Below, in pieces: positions 1 to 9,146 of a DNA stretch of 11,055 bases; positions within the stretch are counted from its first letter, which is position 1; each line of letters opens with the position of its first letter. Under the pieces are notes generated by a model. The model was not told the DNA's origin. It was given only the letters and a program-made list of their open reading frames with translations, and searched no databases. The stretch covers positions 1-11,055 of the forward strand of contig BAAFSQ010000313.1 in assembly GCA_054661495.1 (NCBI GenBank). The letters run 5' to 3'. Position numbers and translations under genes: made by a program. The stretch is from Zygophlyctis sp. KS116. Its lineage: Eukaryota > Fungi > Chytridiomycota.

Positions 1-550
1 ATCAACATAAAACAACAATGCCTCTGGATTTTTTCATGTGATGATTTGAATAGATTACATATCATGGGCGTAAACTCCACCAAGATCAATTCTGACTTAT
101 CTTGTAGCAGCTCTAAAATACTTTAAGCGATATACTCTTACCATTAAAAAATGTAATAATTTGATCAACATTACTCTGAAAGCTATCTTGAAGCGAGTGA
201 TCATACAAACATAATTCAATAATATCAATAATAGCATCATTATGCCCTGATTTCCTTTCTAAAGCCAAACATTGCTTGATCAGAAATTCTGTAAAATCCT
301 TTTGTAAAAGACTGGGAATCTGCAGTAACGAACATAAAATTAAACGAAGGGATGTTGAGACCTCTGAAGGATTGCAAATCTCCAATAAACTAGACAAAAG
401 TAATTTAAGTTTATCCGCTAGTACATTCTCATCTATATTTTTTCCCTGTACTAGATCAACAACCTAAAGATTAGAATTCGGGCATGGATCATCGAGTGTG
501 CTGATAAGAAAGAATGACCTCACCTGCTTTTGTAATTCTTTAAAAGTCAT
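1..550 (-). CDS. Hypothetical Leu-rich alpha-helical (possibly HEAT/ARM-like) protein, 5' part only; runs off the window start. Exons 550-524, 463-142, 112-<1
   Basis: Spliced translation: MTFKELQKQ|VVDLVQGKNIDENVLADKLKLLLSSLLEICNPSEV...QIITFFN|ELLQDKSELILVEFTPMICNLFKSSHEKIQRHCCFML. Intron 141-113 (29 nt, GTAAGA...TTTTAG) restores an open frame to the window edge. Intron 523-464 (60 nt, GTGAGG...CTAATCTTTAG) and the first exon are less certain. No family recognised. Confidence 0.6.
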
Positions 551-1594
551 GAGCAAATATCTCCTTGTTATAATACAAATCGGTCTGCAGCTTGGGCTAT
601 TATTAAAACTTGCAGTTCCTTTCTACCAGAAATTTGCAGATTCTGCGCTTGCATTATCGGACATGTCCGAATTTACTTTTCCAACTCTTCTGATCTATTC
701 CCCAGTTTATTCTTTTCTATTAATATGCATTGGTCTTCTATTGCTTGATGCAGTACTTCATACCAGTCCAATATTACTTACAATGTTTATAGTACTTAAT
801 GGGATCTTATCGGCAATATCTGTAATTATGACTACAGAATTATATTCTGCCAATGTCTCAGATATCATGGATAATGAAGTGTTTCATAATATTTTAATAG
901 CTATTCCTATTACTCAAGTAAGTTAGTCTCTAGATCTAATCATAGTTTTTATTTTTTACGTTTTATCTCGCCTACAGTTATTTTGTATTATATAATGAAT
1001 TCGGATGGAAGGAATATAAAACAATGGGAGCTGATAGAGAATCATTGATATTAGCGAAAAAATATGAATTATTCAAAGCATTGGTGAAATTAGGGCTCAT
1101 TATGTACATTTCATATACTATGGTGTACATTCTTTCAATTATATCATATAATTCTCAAGATTGGTATTCTACTTTGATATTGTTAGGAGTGCTATTAATA
1201 TTTAGTGTGATTGTAATTTGGGGGGTAATATTACTTACAAATTGAAAAATTAGGTCAAAAATGAAAGTAAATTGATAACTATAAATTATTGTTTACTGAT
1301 GGTGATTCTGATAATATATGTATTATTAGGCCTTAAACAATATCTATCTCTAAGCCAAGAACAATTAATTTCTTCTAAAGAAAACAGCCAAGATTTGAAA
1401 TTTCATCATGATCTATTTAATTTCTTTTGTAATTTAAGCATTTTTGATCATTATAGCCGCATGTACAATAATAATTGCATTCTCAACTACAACATCTGCA
1501 CTGCTTTGCCTTTTTTGTTATGGAAAAGGCTTGCATGAAACTTGTATTATTTATTAGATCTAATCATTTAGTGCACAAAAGAGGATCAATCTAA
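549..1594 (+). CDS. UPF0658-like (fungal Golgi-type) multi-pass membrane protein, ~310 aa. Exons 549-917, 946-1224, 1254-1428, 1457-1543, 1572-1594
   Basis: Four introns (28, 29, 28, 28 nt; GTA...TAG) join the ORF fragments into 933 nt in frame, ending in TAA. Several hydrophobic helices are present. Motifs LYNEFGWKEYKTMGAD...YELFKALVK and C-terminal CLFCYGKGL match what I recall of the UPF0658 family (EFGWxxYKxxGAD; FGKGL). The start may be ATG 549 or ATG 663. Confidence 0.75.
657..670. repeat. Perfect 14-bp palindrome TCGGACATGTCCGA
   Basis: Read directly from the sequence. It consists of two inverted copies of the TCGGACA word that recurs elsewhere in the window. Confidence 0.85.
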
Positions 1595-1694
1595 TTTAAC
1601 ATGATCTAGTAATTATATTTTATTATCAATTATCTAATATAAATTCAACAAGAATAATGTCCGAATTACTGGATATGAGACACCCAAATTCCAA

Positions 1695-1731
1695 ACGCGA
1701 CACGAAAATCACGAAAACACGAAAACACGAA
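1695..1731 (+). promoter_or_regulatory. Tandem CACGAAA(A) array (SCB-like boxes) preceded by ACGCGA (MCB-like)
   Basis: ACGCGA at 1695-1700; CACGAAAA at 1701-1708, 1710-1717 and 1718-1725; CACGAA at 1726-1731, ending 6 nt before ATG 1738. CRCGAAA is the established fungal SBF-binding consensus. A regulatory function here is inferred. Confidence 0.5.
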
Positions 1732-1737
1732 TTTGAA

Positions 1738-4459
1738 ATGTCTTGTAAGTAATCAATACATTCTAATCAATAGCTCAACTTGCAAATTATACCCTTCCTT
1801 CAAATGCATTAAGTACATGGATCGGCTGGGCTAAATCTGCACGATCAACTTTTTATGTTGGAAATCTAACAAGTTTTGATAATGCGGCCATAATGTCTTA
1901 CTTTCAGGTAACAATTGCAAAGAATAATCGTCAAGCCTCTCACTATTTATTTGGGAGTGATTTTATTTTTGTTGATCCTCACGATATTCGGGGTAAGTTG
2001 GTTTCGGACTAATCAAAGGGAATTATGGAGTGCGCTTGTCATTGCTGTTGTAAAAAGTTCTTAAACAGAAAGCAATCATCAAGAAAACCTCCAACTTCTA
2101 TGAAAAAGATTGTGATCGCAGTCATTTTTGGAGTTATCTATTTGCTATGGCTGTAATATTCGTTTATTAATATTCTAGAACTGGTTCTTCCCTTCTATTT
2201 TCATCAAGCCCAATGGTTTCTAGATCATTTTCATTGATAAATTCTAGTACGATTAATACTATCAATAGTGGACAAGCGTACATTTAGTGTAATTCTAATG
2301 TTAAAGTGTCTTTAATGCGCTCATTCCCACAATCAATCATACTATTGTAACTATGCAAGGATATTTATCAGATGATATACTTGCTTTTGTAGGAGTTATA
2401 AATATTACACTGGTTGATGTTACAATCGTTAACAATTTAATTCCAATCGCCAATCAATTGAATACGACTCAGGATAACATTACTTCTATCTTGGCCCAAT
2501 CTAAGATTATTTCGGACAATCAAGTGATTTTTAATGATTTATTAGGTTCTGTGAACTCTGGTATTTCTTTTCAATTTATATACTTATAGGTTACAATAAT
2601 ATCACAGACTCAATTACTGATCTATCTACTACCAACCATAAAATCGGTGAAACTGTTTATTATTGGAACAAAGCCACTGCGATACCTCTTCCCGCTACAT
2701 TAGGAGCCAGCTTGAATAGTGTTCTTGGAACTACTTCCCCTAACTCGACTGATATTTTAACTTCACTGAATGGTATGGATCTAAGACCATTCTCAAATGA
2801 AATCAAAAATATTGCGTATAATGTGTCAACGAGAATTGCGGATACTATAACTAGCTCTGCCATCACAATTACAAGCGATATAACTTTACAGTTAAGCAGT
2901 GTGAATACTTCTATTGCAAATTCCACTAGCGAGTATATTGATATTGTCAATGTCGAAGCTAATAGTGCTAAGAGCAGCATTAATTCCTACTTAGGAATGG
3001 TTATAATGTATGATAATTATCGGTAATATACAATTTCAATTAAAAGAGAAGAAACATCGGGTTTATGCTGATTGCTGCAATTTATTTAATAATCATAATT
3101 GTGGAAATCATTGGGTTATCATTAAAAAAACCAAGACTAACTAAAGGCTGCAATCTTACATCCACATTATTCTATGTGATTCTATATCTCTTTGGTATTA
3201 TAGTTCTCATCGTTACAGTTCTGATTTCAAGGGGTAAACAGAGTTCAATTCAAATCATAGGGTGTAGCTGGGTATTTACTGATGTAGCATCAGGTCCTCT
3301 TGGAGCTGTGGGTCTTTCGTCAACAGTAAATACAGTGTGGGATTTCAGAGATAAATGCTTCCAAAATCAATCTGTAATCAGAGCAGCCTCGGATATGGGT
3401 GTATTTAATTCAAGTCAAGTTAATCTAACATCTCTTACAAACGAAAAACTGGATGTTGTTGATTTCTCAAGTATTAGTAATTGGAATTCATCGTAAGTAT
3501 ACAATATTTCTCAAAATTATAGTGATTCAATTACTCTTTCAGATAGTCCATCAAATAAGGTTAGTGGATTAACCAATGTGAATACAGCGAGATTCGATAC
3601 AGCTTCATTAGATGCTGCTATTAATACGAATATTCCAAATTTAGTTGCAGATTTGACTACGCTGAAAACAACTATTGATACAGCTTATAGTACCGCAAGC
3701 ATCTCGGATTTGAATTTTACTGGAGGCCCAGCAGCTTCTGAACAAAATATTGGACTACAAAGCTACAAAAGCCAATTGACTAGTATAAGCACTAATATGG
3801 CCGCCCTTATCAGTCTCCTCAATACTCAAATTGCAGGAAATGCAACTCTTCTTAAAACCCAGACTATCGCAGTGAAAGATGCCTCTATAGCTTCAATTGT
3901 ATATATATTCAATTTTAAATCATAGAATGGTGCAGGAACTTTTCAGGCCCTGTACGACAATGTTTCAAACTCTTATAACTCTATGCAAACTACAATACAA
4001 ACAGATGTATGATTAATCACGTAATAATTTTTAGATGGCAAACTATGTGCCAAATTTTAAATCTTTATTGATTTCGCAGGTCAGTAACTTACAAAATGAT
4101 GTTGATGTTGCTTTATCATGCTATAATCTTGCAAATGATTTGTATTCAGTTCAAGATGCATTTTGCGGATCAGGACTGTAACTTATAAATACGCCTGATT
4201 ATAGATCAACTCTTGACGCTGTATGGTTATCATGTATTTTCTTGGCGGTAGTTTCAACACTATCTATGCCGTTAATTGTGTGGGGATCAAATGTTCTTTA
4301 CCCACTGGGTTACAACCAAATTCATTCATCAGAGGTAAATTTTGGTAAATTGTTTAAATCAAGGATGACGAAGCCCCGACACCACGTAAGAAAGTATTCC
4401 AAAGAGGAGATCGCAGCCGTATCCAGAAATCTGGCGCAGTTGATGATGATGAGTTTTAA
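1738..4459 (+). CDS. Pentaspan (5-TM) membrane glycoprotein, Prominin/Tweety-superfamily-like, copy A, ~785 aa. Exons 1738-1744, 1774-1907, 1936-1992, 2019-2152, 2179-2277, 2307-2560, 2590-3022, 3052-3233, 3261-3492, 3523-3898, 3926-4006, 4035-4177, 4205-4334, 4364-4459
   Basis: 13 introns of 26-30 nt give 2358 nt in frame. Architecture in order: short N-terminus; TM1 (PLTIYLGVILFLLILTIFGG); Cys cluster (CACHCCCKK); TM2; ~250-aa loop rich in N-x-S/T; TM3-KKPRLTKGC-TM4; Cys; ~280-aa loop ending SCYNLANDLYSVQDAFCGSGLSTLDAVW; TM5; short charged tail. The last intron (4335-4363) is the least certain; without it the frame stops at 4475. Confidence 0.8.
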
Positions 4460-4587
4460 TTATTTGTCCGAATAAAATGTATGGTGTTGATTGTGAATAA
4501 AATTTATGGTTCTTATTTTAGTTTCACTTAATAAGTGAAACTAAAATTTCCGGACATCCGATTAGAAATAGCGTTCGGACATACAAA

Positions 4588-7500
4588 ATGTTATATTTAA
4601 ACTATACAAAAATCAATAATGGATTAGAAATATGGATAGATTTTGCAGCAAATGCTAGATCCTATCTTGTTACGGGAGCAATTCCAACCAACTTGACAAA
4701 TATATCGCAGATTTTGGATTACTGCAAGGTACCACCAGTATATAAAATAATAATTAAGCCTTTACTAATATATATTGGATTTATGCTCATTTTAATGATC
4801 GTTACTATATTTGGAGGGCTATTTCAATGTTTCGGACAATGCTGCTGCAAGGGGAAAATACTTAAAAAGCAAGTTGAAATGAATCGTCATAGTAAAAGAA
4901 CTAAATTGGTGGTTGGATTGATCTTTGGAATAATATTTTTGCTATGGCTGTAAATAAGAAATCATTAATCACATAGTGTCGCATCTGCAATCTTATTTAA
5001 AGTAAGTCCGATGATGACTAGTACATTTCAAAATATGAATTCAAGTATAAGCTCAACATTAAATCATGGAAGGCTGTAAGTTTTATTGATTTCTAAATTC
5101 CATAAGATTAATTAATAACTTCCTTCCCACTGTTAATGATACCATTACAGATTTAGAAAACGACTTTGAAACAGATATCAAAGATTTTATCAGCATCATC
5201 AATGTTACAATGATCAATATCACCATCGTTAATAACTTGCTACCGCTTGCTTTCCTATTAAATCAGACACAGGATAATATCACAAGTCTCTTATCTAAAT
5301 CTTCAAACGCCATGTCAATTAAAAATACTCTAAGTTCTAGCTTTGATAATTTAAATATTAGTATCTCCAGCTCATATTAAATAATAGGCTACAACAATAT
5401 CAACAATTCAATTGCTGATCTGTATAGCGGTTATCATGAAATCGGCAACAGCGGTGTGTCTTGGAACAGCAAAATACCTATAGATCTTCCTTTGAATTTA
5501 GCTAGTAATTTGGAGTCTGTAATTTTAACAACACAACCCGATTCTGAAAATATTTTGGATTCAATCAAATCATTGGACTTGTCGTCATTCTCGTACGAAG
5601 TATTGAAAACTGCTAAGAATGTTCCAATGAATATATCAGCAACCGTTTCGAAATCTACTGATTCAATTATTGGGGATATTAGAATCAAGCTTGAAAATGT
5701 CAAAGAATCCATAAATAATTCCAGCAGTGTATCAATCCATGCTGCAGATAAATTACTTGATGATGCTCTTCTTAAATCAACAATTATATTTAAAGATGTG
5801 CTTTATTATGATGGTTTTAGGTATTTTTAATATTTTTAAATGATAGAAATATCTGTATTATGACTATAAGTGGAATAATTCTACTGATTATTTTCATTGA
5901 AACTACTGGATTGACGCTTAAGAATCCAAGACTTATAAAAGGCTGTAATCTAACTTCAGTGCTATTTTTCGTTTTAATTTATATTTTTGGTATTGTGGTA
6001 CTTTTGTCATCGATAGTATTATCTGCCGGTAAGCAAATTCTAAATTAATCCAAGGATGCAATAATATATTTGTTGACAGGAGTTCAGGACCAGTTTTTTC
6101 TCTTGGCTTGAAACCACAATTGGATACTGCTTTTAATTTAAGAGACCAGTGTCTTCTGAACAATTCTGTTATTTCCGCTGTATCAAACATTGGCCTATTG
6201 GAAGCTAATAATACAAATATAACTATTCAAACTCAGCAGAAATTAGATCTAGTGGATTTCAGTGTAGTTAGTAACTGGAACTCAACGTAAGAAGCGATTA
6301 AAAAATTAAATGTAGTGATTCAATTAGTCTATCAGATAGTCCAACAAACAAAGTAAATGGCTTGGTCAACGTAAACACATCAAAGCTTGACACTACATCA
6401 TTGAATGATGCTTTAAAAACGCATATTCCAAATTTGATAACAGATTTGATCACTTTAAAAACAACTATTGATCAAGATTATACTAGTGCAAATGTTTTGA
6501 ATTTGTCATTCACAGGAAATGCTACAGATTTTGATAAAAATATTGGATTACAAAACTACAAAACACAATTGATAAATATAAGTAATACGATAGCGGCACT
6601 GATAAGTCTACTTAATACCGATATTAAAGGAAATACGGCTATTCTTATAAATCGGATTGAAATTATGAAGAATAACTCTATTGAATCTATAGTAAATATT
6701 CGTTTGAACTAAATCATAGAATATGGCAGGGAATTTTCAAGGAATGTACGATAATATATCATCTTCTTTTAATGCATTACAAGTAAAACTACAAAATGAT
6801 GTAAGTTGATCTAAAATTAATGTAAAGATGAAAAATTATGTACCTAAATTTAAAAAGCAAGTTATCGATCATGCTTCTCTACTTCAAAAAAATATGGAAA
6901 GTGATTTGTCCTGCTATAGCCTAGCTTATAATATTTTCAATATTGAAGATTCGGTATGTGGAGCCGGGCTGTAAGTATTTTAAGCCTGATAAAATAGATC
7001 ATCTTTAGATGGTGTTTGGTTCACTTCTTTGTTTGTTGCAGTATTGTTTACAATAACAATGCCATTTATTATTTGGGGAGCAAACATTCTATTTTATTCC
7101 TACTACACCGAAATTTGGGAAAGGAAATATGATTCCAAGGATCAATTATCAGATGAAATCAAAATAATTAAGCAAGGTGAAGATAGAGAAAGAAAAACAA
7201 ATGTCTTAAAATCCGAGCTTTACACAGAAGAAGATGTATACTCTGAAACAAAACGGCGAACTATATTCGCTGATAAGATTAATGAATTTTCTGTCAATCA
7301 AATCGCAACTCCAAAAAGGAGCAGCTACAGTTTCTTAGCGAATGCAGGATATACGTCTGCTAGATCATCATCATCAAGTGAAAGTCGTCATATCAACAAC
7401 ATTTCGCCCACGAATCAACCGTTCACAAATGAAGATCTCTTTCAGATTCTCGAAGGTGGCTCAATTGAACAAGTGCAAGACAATATTTTTCAAGATCAAA

Positions 7501-7943
7501 ATCAATTTTCAGTAGGATCAATGTCACAAAAAAACAATCAAACTCTTCAATTCGATGCATCATATAAGAATAATATGTATGAATACTTGGATAATAGTCA
7601 TATGCTATCTGGAATGGAAAATCAAAAAGTTGGATTTGAACATTCATTGGATTCAGCAGCAGACGTATTTTTATCATTGGATCATGCTCGGACGAATCAA
7701 GAAAATTTTGAATCGAGTCATTCTAATGAAATCGCATTTATCCAAACAAAAAAGAAAAACAGTCTTGAAGAATTTGGCGAGACTGCCCCCATGCTAGCAG
7801 ATCTTCATGAACAAGAGGCGAAAACTCGAGAAAATACCATTCAAAACTTGGATCTAGATTACTTGGATCGGACAGTATCTCAGATTCCAAATATTCTTCC
7901 ATCAATTTCAAATTTGGATGCAACTCATAACAGCAAGGAATAA
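4588..7943 (+). CDS. Pentaspan (5-TM) membrane glycoprotein, Prominin/Tweety-superfamily-like, copy B, ~1025 aa with a long low-complexity cytoplasmic tail. Exons 4588-4728, 4759-4949, 4977-5075, 5107-5360, 5388-5820, 5847-6028, 6055-6286, 6316-6691, 6720-6800, 6828-6970, 6998-7943
   Basis: 10 introns of 26-31 nt, all at the same positions as in copy A, give 3078 nt in frame. Clear paralogy: CFGQCCCKGK, KNPRLIKGCNLTS, KLDLVDFSVVSNWNSTDSISLSDSP, SCYSLAYNIFNIEDSVCGAGLSSLDGVW. Confidence 0.82.
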
Positions 7944-7994
7944 AATATCAATCTGAAAAAGGAAATACCTACTAAAATTAGGATCTTGGTACAA

Positions 7995-8929
7995 TTAGAC
8001 ATCATTACTATAAAACTCCAAGTTACATAAAGGACATTTAGCATTTCCTTTTGTAAGCCATAAATCTAAAAATTCAGTAATTAAACCATACCTATACATT
8101 CTTTATGAAACAAATGATCGCAAAACAATTTCCTGAGTAGATTCCCATCACTAAAATCATCTAAACAAATTGAACAAGACACCGGTCCTTGAATAGAGTC
8201 GTCTGATTTAAGAGAATATAGAGATAAAATTGAATGTTTTTCAGCCAAAGATCTAGTTTCTACCATATTTTCTATTTTGGATTTCTTTGAGTCTGATTTA
8301 GAATCAAAAACTGCAATAGGAAACATTAGATCAATTTCCGACATTTGCATTGTATGATTTTGTACTACATTAACAACTTGTGAATTGATTTCAAATTCAT
8401 CATCAAAATCGTCTCCAAATGGGTAATCACTACTTAGCCTTTGATGATATTCAAAAGTGTAATAATTGATCAAAATACAAATAATGAAGATGGCAATTAT
8501 AGTCAAAGTTACGACTGTATATGCCAAATTCCACCAATTCACAGGAGAATAATCGTCATCTAAACCAGTCAAGTCTCTATAATCTATAACCATTGCACTG
8601 GTAGAATTTAACCCTAAACACGTTCTAGCGATGAACCGAGAGTAATTGCCATCAATCTGGAATATTGCTTGATCGGTCAGACCTAGATCAGTTTGAGTTG
8701 ATAAAAGATATTTTGATGGGATCGATGCTAGTTTTGTTGCATTTCTGCATGAATCGGGAACAAGCACCAAAAGCTCCAATGATGCAAGTCTGTTTAGATA
8801 AGTTTCAAATGTATTCAGCTTGAGTAAGCATTTTTGCAAAACTGTGAGGATCAGTCCATTTTTATCAAATGGAGAGGTAAAAAGCGATTCTTCTGATATG
8901 ATCTCATAGTTGAATCTGATTCCAGGCAT
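7995..8929 (-). CDS. Transmembrane RING-H2 E3 ubiquitin ligase (TM + C-terminal C3H2C3 RING), ~302 aa. Exons 8929-8092, 8065-7995
   Basis: A 26-nt intron (8091-8066, GTATGG...TTTTAG) completes the RING: CSICLDDFSDGNLLRKLFCDHLFHKECI|DLWLTKGNAKCPLC. One TM helix (LAYTVVTLTIIAIFIICILI) lies upstream. The N-terminus may be incomplete, as there is no obvious signal peptide. Confidence 0.85.
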
Positions 8930-9146
8930 TGATTATTCTAAAATTTGAAGGCCGCCGGACAAAATTTGTCATGTCACTCATGGAAAAACGAATGTTTCTC
9001 TTGGAAAATACATGTTAAGCATCTACATTTATTGGCAAAGAATGTGCTGACTGTTTTTTATTAATCATGCCTTAATCTTAATTGTCCTTAGCAAACAAAT
9101 TCATACTTTCTCGAGAGTGGGTAGTTTAGGTCCGCAGTTAAGTATC

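Noticed and set aside
1-550. Assigning the minus-strand helical protein to a named family (e.g. a large nucleoporin)
   Set aside because: The resemblance is only compositional, with no diagnostic motif in the visible fragment.
1701-1731. CACGAAAA repeats as a CRISPR array or mobile-element end
   Set aside because: The units are 8 nt with no spacers, and there are no cas or transposase genes in the window.
2660-2980. Minus-strand 106-aa ORF (similarly 5434-5712, 5933-6190, 7423-7677, 7738-7923)
   Set aside because: These are antisense shadows of pentaspan exons with no recognisable motifs.
4335-4475. Unspliced C-terminus of copy A (VNFGKLFKS...NYLSE)
   Set aside because: Disfavoured but not excluded: a typical 29-nt GTAAAT...AATCAAG intron gives a more natural charged tail ending at 4459, followed by AATAAA.
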